DNA from: Burkholderiales bacterium
GTDB taxonomy: Bacteria > Pseudomonadota > Gammaproteobacteria > Burkholderiales > SG8-39
Reading direction: 5' to 3'
DNA length: 64,000 nt
Assembly: GCA_017880775.1 (NCBI GenBank)
Contig: JADGRQ010000006.1
Span: 88,047 to 152,046 of the forward strand
In this document: positions 45,502-54,121 of the stretch, piece by piece
Numbering within the stretch: the stretch's first letter is position 1
Layout of the letters: every line of letters starts with the position of its first letter
Translations under genes and position numbers: made by a program
The notes under the pieces: generated by a model
What the model saw: only the letters and a program-made list of their open reading frames with translations
The model's database searches: none
Told to the model about the DNA's origin: nothing

Positions 45502-46227
45502 TCACTTGCTCCACGGGAATCCGCCCGGATAAAGCTGCCGCATGACCCGATTACCGTGTTCCAGGAACTCTTGCGGAACCGAAGCCTGCCTGCTGCCAAG
45601 GCGGTAGTTGAGCGTGTAAAGACCTGTCGTGTCGTACGCCGGAAAGCGTTGTTGCAGCGTTCTGAGCACTACCCGGTCAGCGCCGAATTTGTTATGCCAC
45701 GCCGCGGCGATCTGGACCGCAACGTCCCTGCGAATGCAATAACAGCTCGTGTCGACCAGCCACTGGTCGGGACCGGTCCAACTCGGCCAGCGTCCGAGGC
45801 TCTGGCAATCGTCGTTGAACAGGTGGCGTCCGCTGCGGTCGAAGATCTTCCGCAGGCAGTAGGCCCACTGCAGCTTGCCGCGTTCGATCGATTCCACAAG
45901 CGACTGGACGTGCGCCGGGTCGAGCCAATTGTCCTCGTCCAGGTAAAGAACGTACTCCTCTTCGACCAGGTGAGAAAAGGCCGCATAGATCCGATGGCCG
46001 CAGTAACCGCCGCCGCCGGAATTCGAAGCGAGGGTCAATACCTGCAAACGCGAATCCGCGATGCCGGCGAGCAGCTGGCGTGCCCGGTCTTCGAATTGCC
46101 TGCCGTCGATGACGACCATGCATGTCGTGTCCGCATGGGTCTGGCCGAGCACGCTCTCGACGGCCTGTTTCATTAACTCGAGGCCGGTCGTCGGGATCAC
46201 AACGACCGCCGATCGCATTGTCAACAT
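45502..46227 (-). CDS. family 2 glycosyltransferase
   Basis: GT-A signature VVIPTTG...ESVLGQT...VVIDG and the DxD motif YLDEDNW. Start is MLTMRSAVVV (46227 or 46218). Trimmed from 45502..46440. Confidence 0.75.
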   Translation of the reverse strand: MLTMRSAVVVIPTTGLELMKQAVESVLGQTHADTTCMVVIDGRQFEDRARQLLAGIADSRLQVLTLASNSGGGGYCGHRIYAAFSHLVEEEYVLYLDEDNWLDPAHVQSLVESIERGKLQWAYCLRKIFDRSGRHLFNDDCQSLGRWPSWTGPDQWLVDTSCYCIRRDVAVQIAAAWHNKFGADRVVLRTLQQRFPAYDTTGLYTLNYRLGSRQASVPQEFLEHGNRVMRQLYPGGFPWSK

Positions 46228-46247
46228 GAGCTGCCAAGTGAAGCTGT

Positions 46248-47516
46248 TCACACCCCGACGGACGCTTGTTGCATCTCGGGTAGTGCAATCCGGTGGTCGG
46301 TGCTGTACAGATAATCCCGGAACACATGCTCGGCCGTCAGCAATTGGTAGCTGCCGTCGGGCAACCGGTGCGTCGTATCCTTGAGCCGGTAGACCTTGTG
46401 GCCGCAGGTCCAGCAGTCGAAATTGCGCATCGCGGTGCACAGGCAGGTCTTGTCGGGCACCGACAGGGTCTTTTCATCCGGATTCAGTTCGAGCGCGCGG
46501 TTGAAGGCGTCGATGTACGCGCAGTGGCCTGAAGCGTCGAGCAGATAGCCATAGGCTTCGCAGTTGGGCCGGATGCCCGCACCTATTGCCGGGCTGCCCT
46601 TCAGCATGCGCATCGGGTAGCCCGTCGGCGAAATCAGGTTGACCTCGACGTCCTGTTCTTCGGCCTTGAAGTACTCCTGCTTGATCTTGTCCGGCAGGCC
46701 GCATTCGATGGTGCCGGTGAAGCGCGTCGCGACCTGGATGGCTGCTGCGCCCGCGTCGAGGAATTCCACCGCATCGCTGCCGGTGAAGATCCCGCCCGCC
46801 GGAATCAAAGGGATGGTCAGTCCCTCCTGCCTGAGATAGCGATGAATTTCTTCGACGATGGTCTTGAGATCGTACTGCGCCCAGTCCATGCCGAAGCCGA
46901 GGTGCCCGCCGGCCAGCGGCCCTTCGACAATGATGTAATCGGGCAGACGGTCGAGCCGGGCGCTCTTGCGCAGGAACAGCAGCAGCGCGCGCAACGACGA
47001 GACGATGATGCCGAATTTCACGTCGCGAAAGCGCGGATGATCGTGCACCAGCGCGAGCGACCCCAGGTGCAGCCCGGCGCTCAGGGTGATGCCGTCGATG
47101 CCTCCGTCCATCGCTGCCGACAGGCGCACGCGCAGCGTGTCGCGCGGGCTGCCCATCGTGAGCTTTTCCATGCAGTTGACGAAGATCAGGCCGTCGCCGC
47201 GCTTTGCCTCCATGGTGCGACCCACATGCAGCTTGGTCGCCTCGGCCAGCCGCTCGAGGTCGAACTGCACCACCGACTTGTCGGTGTTGAAGACGTTGTA
47301 CTTGTACTTCTTCTGCTTTTCCCTCATGAAGCCGGTCTTGAAACGCCGGTCCGAAACCGTGGGGACCATCGCGTCCGAAATGTGGCCGATGCCGCCGAGG
47401 CGCGCGGAGACCAGCGCCAGCTCGGCGGTGGAAATGTCCACGCCCATTCCGCCGGTCATGATCGGCACCAGGTCCTTGCTGCCGAGTCTCAGGCGGAAGT
47501 CGTCGACACGCTTCAT
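46248..47516 (-). CDS. nitronate-monooxygenase-like (NMO/FabK-fold) FMN oxidoreductase with a Cys-rich C-terminal extension
   Basis: PIMTGGMGVDIS, VEGPLAGGHLGF and PAGGIFTGSD are NMO/FabK TIM-barrel motifs. The C-terminal ~100 aa carry C-x14-C and CLC-x7-C-x2-C clusters. Start is MKRVDDF at 47516. Confidence 0.65.
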   Translation of the reverse strand: MKRVDDFRLRLGSKDLVPIMTGGMGVDISTAELALVSARLGGIGHISDAMVPTVSDRRFKTGFMREKQKKYKYNVFNTDKSVVQFDLERLAEATKLHVGRTMEAKRGDGLIFVNCMEKLTMGSPRDTLRVRLSAAMDGGIDGITLSAGLHLGSLALVHDHPRFRDVKFGIIVSSLRALLLFLRKSARLDRLPDYIIVEGPLAGGHLGFGMDWAQYDLKTIVEEIHRYLRQEGLTIPLIPAGGIFTGSDAVEFLDAGAAAIQVATRFTGTIECGLPDKIKQEYFKAEEQDVEVNLISPTGYPMRMLKGSPAIGAGIRPNCEAYGYLLDASGHCAYIDAFNRALELNPDEKTLSVPDKTCLCTAMRNFDCWTCGHKVYRLKDTTHRLPDGSYQLLTAEHVFRDYLYSTDHRIALPEMQQASVGV

Positions 47517-47701
47517 TCGGGGGGATTGTCGCCCATCAGCGCCGCAATTGGAATGTGTGTTTCCTGCAACGTACAGGAGTAATGTATTCGACGTGACCGG
47601 AGCCATGTTATGTGTGCCAAAAAGGAACCCAATTGTGCTTGCCAGCGTCATGATTGAGCCACACCATACCCCTGCTAACAATAATGAAAACGATATAAAC
47701 C

Positions 47702-48040
47702 ATGAAGTTATTCACCGGATTGAAAAAAATCAGGGAGTTTGAAAGGCTGCAACTTCCTTTCCTCAAGTCCGTCGTCGATTTCGATATTGTCATCGAGATC
47801 GGATATGCGGAAGAGCAGCGGCAACCGCTGACGCTGAAACAGCTCCTTCTGCTGAATATCACTTCGCGCACGACGGTACGCCGCAAATTAGCCAGGCTTA
47901 TTGAGCAAGGAATCGTAATCCGGCGCAAACATGCGAACGATAATCGCGCCAGCCTCCTGATCATTTCTCCTTCCAGTATCAAACTGCTGAGCAAGTATGG
48001 CGGCACACTCACATCTATTTCGGCGTTGCATTTCAAATAG
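47702..48040 (+). CDS. MarR-like winged-helix transcriptional regulator
   Basis: 112 aa. PLTLKQLLLLNITSRTTVRRKLARLIEQGIVIRRKHANDNRASLL has the HTH plus wing layout of MarR/wHTH proteins. AT-rich, and divergent from the NMO-like operon. Confidence 0.5.
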   Translation: MKLFTGLKKIREFERLQLPFLKSVVDFDIVIEIGYAEEQRQPLTLKQLLLLNITSRTTVRRKLARLIEQGIVIRRKHANDNRASLLIISPSSIKLLSKYGGTLTSISALHFK

Positions 48041-48138
48041 ACCGCAGAAAGTCTGTCCGCCGGGACGGGCAGACAAAACCGCGTTGCGCCGCGTTCTTGA
48101 CTTTGATCCCATCGGTAATACGCCCGCGACGGAGGGAG

Positions 48139-48867
48139 ATGGCCGCCATGTCTTCACCGCATACCCCGAAGCAAAACCATCTTCTTGATGCCCTGCCCGC
48201 GGAGGATTACGCGCGCCTGCTGCCCGATCTGGAACTCATCCCGATGCCGCTCGGATGGGCGGTATACGAATCCGGCGGTCGCATGAGCTACCTGTATTTT
48301 CCGACCACCAGCATCGTCTCGCTGCTCTACGTCATGGAAGGCGGTGCATCGGCCGAAATCGCGGTCACCGGCAACGAGGGTCTGGTCGGCATTTCCTTGT
48401 TCATGAGCGGCGAAAGCACGCCGAGCCGGGCGGTGGTGCAAAGCGCGGGCAACGGCTACCGCCTCAAGGCGAACGTTGTGAAAAAGGAATTCGCGCTCGG
48501 CGGCGAGTTGCAGCATCTGGCGCTGCGCTACACGCAGGCGCTGATTACCCAGATGGCGCAGACCGCGGTGTGCAACCGGCACCACGCGCTGGAACAGCAG
48601 CTATGCCGGTGGCTGCTCTTGAGCCTGGACCGCCTGCCCGGAAACGAACTGCTGATGACGCAGGAGCTGATCGCGAACATGCTTGGGGTGCGCCGGGAGG
48701 GCGTGACCGAGGCCGCAGGCAAGCTGCAGGCCGAAGGGCTGATTCACTACAGCCGCGGCCACATCACGGTACTAGACCGTCCGAAGCTGGAAAGCCGGGT
48801 ATGCGAGTGCTACGCAGTGGTGAAGAAGGAGTACGACCGCTTGCTGCCCTATAAACTCCCTCCCTGA
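48139..48867 (+). CDS. Crp/Fnr-family transcriptional regulator
   Basis: N-terminal cNMP-binding-like barrel (NHLLDALPAEDYARLLP...) and a C-terminal HTH (TQELIANMLGVRREGVTEAAGKLQAEGLI). GGAGGGAG lies directly upstream. Confidence 0.8.
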   Translation: MAAMSSPHTPKQNHLLDALPAEDYARLLPDLELIPMPLGWAVYESGGRMSYLYFPTTSIVSLLYVMEGGASAEIAVTGNEGLVGISLFMSGESTPSRAVVQSAGNGYRLKANVVKKEFALGGELQHLALRYTQALITQMAQTAVCNRHHALEQQLCRWLLLSLDRLPGNELLMTQELIANMLGVRREGVTEAAGKLQAEGLIHYSRGHITVLDRPKLESRVCECYAVVKKEYDRLLPYKLPP

Positions 48868-48959
48868 CCCCGGCAGGCCTCGACGATCTGACACGTCGTC
48901 TCCGTCAGGCAGCGGACGAACTTGCGGCTCGATTACCCGATTGACTGGAGGAGTTCGCC

Positions 48960-50528
48960 ATGTCCTATGATTTCATCATCATCGGCGCCGGCCACAATGG
49001 ACTCGCCTGCGCCGCCTATCTTGCGAAGGCAGGCGCTAAAGTCCTGGTTCTGGAGCGCAGCATGCATGTGGGCGGCGGATGCAGCACCGCGGAAGCAACG
49101 CTGCCAGGATTCAAACACAATATTTGCTCCGTCGTTCACACCCACATCCCCACCAGCCCGGTCTACCGCGACCTGGAGCTTGAACGTCATGGCGTGAGGT
49201 ACGTTTACCCGGAGTATCTTCGCGGCACCATCTTCCCCGACCATAAGAGCATCGTGATGTACCGGGAGCCGGAGAGAATGGCCACTGAACTGAGCAAGTT
49301 TTCGGCCAGGGATGCCCGAACCTTCACGAAGCTGTATGAGGACTACGGCGAATTCATCGAATCGACCTACCTGCCGTTGATGTATTCGCCACCGTTACCG
49401 CCTTCGCTGCAGAGCGCCGAATTGGAGAAATCCGAGGAAGGCAGGACGCTTCTCCAGTGGCAGGCGAGCACGCCGGTGCAACTGCTCGACGAACTGTTCG
49501 AGAGCGAGGAGGTGAAAGTTCACTTCCTCTCGAGGCTGACCGTACTCGGATTTGCCCCCGATCAATTCGGACAGGGATGGATCTGCCTCTTCCGCATCCT
49601 GAAAGCCGAGGCTCCCATCTGTGTGGGAGGCTCTCAGCAGCTTGCCCTGGGACTGAGAAGCGTCGTAGAGGCACACGGAGGCGTCGTTCAGACCGACATG
49701 GAGGTGAAGCGAATCCTCTTGCGCGGCAACAAGGCCATAGGGATAGAACTTAAGGATGGGACGCGTGCCGAAGCCGCGAAGGCTGTGGTAACCAACGTCG
49801 AACCGAAGAAGAGCTTCCTGCGGATGGTTGGAGAAGAGTTCTTGCCGCCGTCCTTTGCCACTCGAGTCAAGAACTATCATTCGCACGGGCGGTCGCTCTT
49901 CGTTCTGCACCTGGCACTTTCAGAGCCGCCGCAGTACCGGGCCGGCGCGCATAACCCGCCGGTGAACGTGGCGTTCAGCCAGGAAATGTTCGGGGGAAGC
50001 GTAGAGGAGCAGGTTCGCGCCTATCAAGAAATCGCGATGGGCAGGCCCCCCCGGAAAGAGATGCTGCAGATAACCCTGCCCACGCTGTTCGATCGTTCCC
50101 AGGCTCCCGCAGGCAAGCACACAGCGGTCGTTTGGCAGTATGCACCGTACAGCGTAGAGCCTGGGGGACCGGAAGGATGGAGGAATCTGAGAGAGGAATA
50201 TGCCGCGCATCTCCTGGATCTGTGGAGGTCCTACGCTCCGAACATGTCGAGGGACAAGATCCTGGCCGTGGCGATTCAGGATCCAACCGATACGGAGCGG
50301 CATAACGACAACCTCGTGAATGGAGTCGATGTTGTGGGAGACATGACTCCTGACCAGATGGGATATTTCAGGCCCTTCGCCGGCTGGTCCAGCTACCGAA
50401 CGCCTGTTGAGGGGCTCTACATGTGCGGCGGTTACTGCCATCCAGGCGGAGGCGTGCATGCGGGGGCAGGACATAACGCTGCCGCCGCGATCGTGGAAGA
50501 TTTCAAGCTGAAGAAGTGGTGGGACTGA
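48960..50528 (+). CDS. phytoene-desaturase-family (CrtI-like) NAD(P)/FAD-dependent oxidoreductase
   Basis: 522 aa with the dinucleotide fold MSYDFIIIGAGHNGLACAAYLAKAGAKVLVLE and a C-terminal GGYCHPGGGVHAGAG. Confidence 0.75.
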   Translation: MSYDFIIIGAGHNGLACAAYLAKAGAKVLVLERSMHVGGGCSTAEATLPGFKHNICSVVHTHIPTSPVYRDLELERHGVRYVYPEYLRGTIFPDHKSIVMYREPERMATELSKFSARDARTFTKLYEDYGEFIESTYLPLMYSPPLPPSLQSAELEKSEEGRTLLQWQASTPVQLLDELFESEEVKVHFLSRLTVLGFAPDQFGQGWICLFRILKAEAPICVGGSQQLALGLRSVVEAHGGVVQTDMEVKRILLRGNKAIGIELKDGTRAEAAKAVVTNVEPKKSFLRMVGEEFLPPSFATRVKNYHSHGRSLFVLHLALSEPPQYRAGAHNPPVNVAFSQEMFGGSVEEQVRAYQEIAMGRPPRKEMLQITLPTLFDRSQAPAGKHTAVVWQYAPYSVEPGGPEGWRNLREEYAAHLLDLWRSYAPNMSRDKILAVAIQDPTDTERHNDNLVNGVDVVGDMTPDQMGYFRPFAGWSSYRTPVEGLYMCGGYCHPGGGVHAGAGHNAAAAIVEDFKLKKWWD

Positions 50529-51088
50529 TGCCTCAACGCGAGGCGAAGTTCACTGTGAACGCCAAGCCCGATGAACTGTGGAGATTCATTCGCGACTTTC
50601 AATCCTTGTGCACATGCATTCCCGGAGTGGAGCGCATCCGCCTGGTGGACCACAGGACCGCCGAGTTGACGGTGAAGGAAAGAGTCGGTGTCGTGCCTTT
50701 GATTCTGACTCTGACGGCGCAGATCGATTCAGAGGAGCCGCCGCACAGGCTTCATGCCACCGCAAGGGCTCAACATTTGACCATGGCGATCGATGTCACG
50801 TTGCAGGCAACAGAATCAGGGACCGAGTTACTCGGTCTGTTCGACGTAAAGGGTGAGGGGCAGCTCAAACCGATCGTCAATAGCCTATTCGAAAGGAGAG
50901 CGAGCGAGCGAGCCGCCCAATTTGCTGACTGTCTTCAGAAACGCTTCGGTGCCGTTTCGTCGGGAAACGCTCCGGCGCAATTTCGCGGTGGTCCTTTCCC
51001 GGCGCGAGACGGCGCCGGGCGAATCCACCGATGGCTCAACCGGCTCTGGCGGCGCCTTCTAGGGGGGTTCACGCCCCCCGGGAAATAA
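50528..51088 (+). CDS. SRPBCC/CoxG-family protein
   Basis: Its start overlaps the upstream stop (TGATG). FTVNAKPDELWRFIRDFQSLCTCIPGVE is CoxG-like. Confidence 0.6.
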   Translation: MPQREAKFTVNAKPDELWRFIRDFQSLCTCIPGVERIRLVDHRTAELTVKERVGVVPLILTLTAQIDSEEPPHRLHATARAQHLTMAIDVTLQATESGTELLGLFDVKGEGQLKPIVNSLFERRASERAAQFADCLQKRFGAVSSGNAPAQFRGGPFPARDGAGRIHRWLNRLWRRLLGGFTPPGK

Positions 51089-51286
51089 CTCCGAGCGATT
51101 CCGAATTGCCTCCCCAACCCGGTCAAAACTAATGGGCACTGGCGCGAGGTGCTATTCGATTTGTTGGAAAAAATAAATGCGCCAATGTGCGACACCGTAC
51201 AGAGGCGCGTTTTGCGAGTGTTTACGATTGCCTTGGTAGAACCGTGTTCTGAGAGCATTCCGGCAACGGAAAGAGAGGAGAACAAA

Positions 51287-51445
51287 ATGGGTATAGGAAC
51301 AATACTTCTGATCATCCTGGTACTGGCGCTGGTGGGCGTGATTCCAACGTGGCCTCACAGCAGGGGATGGGGTTATGGCCCCAGTGGCGGAGTTGGCTTG
51401 ATACTGCTGATCGTGTTGATTCTATTCGTGCTGGGCAAGATATAG
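51287..51445 (+). CDS. DUF3309-family small membrane protein
   Basis: 52 aa: MGIGTILLIILVLALVGVIPTWPHSRGWGYGPSGGVGLILLIVLILFVLGKI, with two TM helices and the SRGWGYxPSG core. Confidence 0.65.
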   Translation: MGIGTILLIILVLALVGVIPTWPHSRGWGYGPSGGVGLILLIVLILFVLGKI

Positions 51446-51498
51446 CCGTTATTTTCCATCGCGCTGAAATGTAGCGCTTACAACAGGAGCAATCGAAC

Positions 51499-51681
51499 AT
51501 GAACAAAGACCAAGTAAAGGGCGTGGCGAAGGACGTTGCCGGCAAAGTCCAGGAAAAAACGGGCAAGCTGGTTGGAAGCAAGGATCAACAGGTCAAGGGG
51601 CTTTCAAAACAGATTTCCGGGAAGGTGCAAAAGGGCGTCGGCGACGTCAAGCAGTCTGTTAAGGATTTCAACAAGAGTTAG
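51499..51681 (+). CDS. CsbD-family stress-response protein
   Basis: 60 aa: MNKDQVKGVAKDVAGKVQEKTGKLVGSKDQQVKG... Confidence 0.8.
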   Translation: MNKDQVKGVAKDVAGKVQEKTGKLVGSKDQQVKGLSKQISGKVQKGVGDVKQSVKDFNKS

Positions 51682-51737
51682 TCTAGAGGCGCGTCGCCGA
51701 TCGCCGCAGCGATCAGACAACCAGTGAGGAAGGTGCA

Positions 51738-51929
51738 ATGGCACGCGCGCCGATGAAACTGCACGTGAAGAAAAATCAACTTCACAGGGACGTCGGCAAG
51801 CCACCTGGGGCCAAGATCACTGAGGCCGACATCGCGAAGGAGAAATCGAAGGGCGGCGTCTACGCCAAGCGTGCGCAGTTTGCCGAGAACGCCAAGAAGT
51901 GGAATCGCCCCGGAAAGGGGAAACGGTAG
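51738..51929 (+). CDS. small basic hypothetical protein
   Basis: 63 aa, Lys-rich (MARAPMKLHVKKNQLHRDVGKPPGAKITEADIAKEK...). No family assigned. Confidence 0.4.
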   Translation: MARAPMKLHVKKNQLHRDVGKPPGAKITEADIAKEKSKGGVYAKRAQFAENAKKWNRPGKGKR

Positions 51930-52140
51930 CGGACGGCTTGGCTTGCTGCGCCTGCAATCCCAGCCACGTCCGGCTATCAATCATCCGCAAAGCCAGACGT
52001 CGGTGAAGTCATCGACCGCTTTGTGTCGATGCGTCGGTCGTTGCCTCCGCTTGCCAGCCTTACGCCCTGACGCCGCTTCATGCGGATATTTTGAGATCCG
52101 CAGAAGCTGCGAGTCGTGCTGACGACTCTTCCCATGCGGG

Positions 52141-52175
52141 CACAGAAACGAAAAAGGCCTACATCTTCGTAAGCC
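52141..52175 (-). terminator. orphaned original terminator of tRNA-Arg
   Basis: The minus strand reads GGCTTAC GAAGAT GTAGGCC followed by TTTTTCGTTTC. It lies directly 3' of the displaced tRNA fragment. Confidence 0.6.
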
Positions 52176-52176
52176 C

Positions 52177-52231
52177 TTGGATTGTCTGGCGCGCCCGAAG
52201 GGATTCGAACCCCTGACCCCCTGGTTCGTAG
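52177..52231. repeat. distal att repeat: displaced 3' fragment of tRNA-Arg(ACG) plus 10 nt of downstream flank
   Basis: 55 nt identical to 57181-57235 (TTGGATTGTCTGGCGCGCCCGAAGGGATTCGAACCCCTGACCCCCTGGTTCGTAG), checked base by base. Confidence 0.95.
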
Positions 52232-52293
52232 TTGGACCGGTAATTTACGTGGTCTTGTAAATCAATGCTCTGCGATGCCCGCCACCCTGCAAT

Positions 52294-52355
52294 CGCAGCT
52301 ACGCAAAGCCTGAGCAAGTCAAAAACAGTGTTGCGCAGCTACGCTGCGGCTACGC
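52294..52355 (+). promoter_or_regulatory. cluster of three GCTACGC motifs (candidate arm-type recombinase sites)
   Basis: CGCAGCTACGC occurs at 52294-52304 and 52334-52344, and GGCTACGC at 52348-52355. The last two hexamers are 11 bp apart. Confidence 0.35.
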
Positions 52356-52488
52356 ACTGCGCGTCAGGTTCCGATGGTTGACTGGCTCTCGGACGAGAGC
52401 AAATTTGGGCACTCGTGGGAATTTGCGGTGCCGGTCAGTTAGCGGCTCCCTGACTTGGCGAAATTGGGCGCTGGGGTACCCGATTCGC

Positions 52489-52929
52489 TTAATCTTTCCT
52501 ATTAGCGCTCTTACCAACTGGGCTGCGCGTTCCTAGCACCGTAAAAATAAGACCCAAAATCAGCGCCGCCGGCCCCGCAATTGGAACTGGCCACTCTACC
52601 GCCTTCCAAAAAAAGAAGAAGATCAGCGCTGACATGATCAATCCTACATAAAACCGCTTTTTCCAGGAGAGTACCTGCGGAAGATCGCGCGGCGAAGCTG
52701 GCGCTTCAGTCTGAGCGGGCGTTGCAAATACGCCTCGAACATTTAACCAAATGCCATAGATCAAGAGACCGAAGCCCAAAAAAAGAGTTTTCGTTCCGGT
52801 AGCCTGTAGCAGCGCGTCTACCTTATTTCCTCCACCAGCACTAGCAACACCACCCTGAGCAAGAACGAAGAAGATGAGAAAAAGCCCTGCGCCAATAAGA
52901 ACAATTCCAACAATATTCTGCAATTTCAT
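52489..52929 (-). CDS. hypothetical integral membrane protein (4 predicted TM)
   Basis: 146 aa with hydrophobic segments IVGIVLIGAGLFLIFFVLA, LFLGFGLLIYGIWL, FYVGLIMSALIFFFFW and IAGPAALILGLIFTVLG. AT-rich. A 215-nt upstream gap implies its own promoter. Confidence 0.55.
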   Translation of the reverse strand: MKLQNIVGIVLIGAGLFLIFFVLAQGGVASAGGGNKVDALLQATGTKTLFLGFGLLIYGIWLNVRGVFATPAQTEAPASPRDLPQVLSWKKRFYVGLIMSALIFFFFWKAVEWPVPIAGPAALILGLIFTVLGTRSPVGKSANRKD

Positions 52930-53143
52930 GGCTAATTTCCCGTGTTGCCACGCCCGCGCGGCCGTTGACTTGACGAAGGGTTCGATTTCACATGCTTTCT
53001 AAGCGCGATTATGTTGTGAACTTCGCGTAAACATTAACAATCAACACTTGGATGTCCCCCGAATCACGGCTCTCGCCGATTTGAAGTGAGTTTGCATGAG
53101 CACAACTATTGTGAAGCTTTACGTCACGTTCTACAGATGGGCA

Positions 53144-53635
53144 TCAACGCCATTCAGCAAAATCCAGGTATCGGCCGAAAATACTTTTCACTCCCACGGA
53201 AGCTTCTTGAAAAAACCAATTGTGAAGCTCTGTGTCGCGCGGGATGTCTTCGGGTGCAATTACGTCGCCCCGTCCACGTGCGCGCGCACCAATGGTTGCC
53301 AATTCAGTTGCGTGGCGAGACGCTGTTCTCATGTATTCCGCTACTTCGGGGCCAAAGAGAAAAGATGCTTGCGGAATGAGATTATCAAATGGGCCACTAC
53401 CAAACATACCGGGAGGCGGAGAGGACAAGAATTCCCACGTCTTCTGAAATACCAGGTACCTCTTGTCGAATAGATCAAGATTAAGCTTCGCCCGTCCAAC
53501 GCGATATTGCTGATAACCAATCCAAGAGGCGAGAACACCCACTAGTAGAGCTACAACGGCTGCGGGGATGCCCTTGATAAGTTCGAAGCAAACTGTACCG
53601 GCGGAGCATGAAGCCAATGCTGTTAAGGTGCACAT
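53144..53635 (-). CDS. hypothetical membrane-anchored protein
   Basis: 163 aa with an N-terminal hydrophobic helix (IPAAVVALLVGVLASWIGY) followed by a soluble domain (LNLDLFDKRYLVFQKTWEFL...). It begins 23 nt downstream of the preceding gene. No obvious SD and no family recognised. Confidence 0.5.
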   Translation of the reverse strand: MCTLTALASCSAGTVCFELIKGIPAAVVALLVGVLASWIGYQQYRVGRAKLNLDLFDKRYLVFQKTWEFLSSPPPGMFGSGPFDNLIPQASFLFGPEVAEYMRTASRHATELATIGARARGRGDVIAPEDIPRDTELHNWFFQEASVGVKSIFGRYLDFAEWR

Positions 53636-53658
53636 AGTCAGACTGTTCTAAGTTGCGT

Positions 53659-54039
53659 TCAATTGCAAGGGAAGCCGGCTTTAAGGGCATTGAAAATCAA
53701 TACCTGTGCATTAAGGTGCAGATTCTCTGGAACACTTTCAAGATGCTTGACGACCACTCGGGCGAGCTGTCCTCTCGTCGCATTGTCAGGCACGCAATAC
53801 TGGCGAAATTTATTCATCTCATCCAAGCGTTTGCCGGCCAGCAACAATCCGCCATCGACACCACCTCGAGTGCCATCGATCAGGCCGCCGCATAGGCCCG
53901 CATTAAACAAATCGGCTGGTACGTCCTTGAGATATTCTTTGCAGTATCCAAGCAATTGGTTTCCAGTAGTGGCTTGAGCCTGCACTTGATTAGAAAAGCT
54001 TAGAAGCGCGGCAAAAAACATTGCCAGAATCGATTTCAT
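53659..54039 (-). CDS. secreted Rap1a/Tai4-like protein (putative periplasmic immunity or inhibitor protein)
   Basis: 126 aa from MKSILAMFFAALLSFSNQVQA (signal peptide; GAGG SD 6 nt upstream). GNQLLGYC...GLCGGLIDG...YCVPDNATRGQLARVVVKHLESVPENLHLNAQVLIFNALKAGFPC matches the pattern I recall for Rap1a/Tai4 immunity proteins. Not verified against a profile. Confidence 0.45.
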   Translation of the reverse strand: MKSILAMFFAALLSFSNQVQAQATTGNQLLGYCKEYLKDVPADLFNAGLCGGLIDGTRGGVDGGLLLAGKRLDEMNKFRQYCVPDNATRGQLARVVVKHLESVPENLHLNAQVLIFNALKAGFPCN

Positions 54040-54121
54040 AAGAGCCTCATTTTCCCAGATCAATTGACGGCGGTACCAGCATACTCCCGTGGGCGGGGCA
54101 ACCCTGTATTGAGAGCTTGAC

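Noticed and set aside
45203-45514. 103-aa version of the small minus-strand ORF
   Set aside because: The upstream two thirds would overlap the end of the GT2 gene and lack an SD. The internal ATG at 45376 has a strong SD, so the 57-aa form is preferred.
52177-52231. Possible second tRNA gene
   Set aside because: Only the 3' 45 nt of tRNA-Arg (anticodon loop to CCA) are present, with no 5' acceptor or D-arm. It is the displaced att fragment, not a gene.
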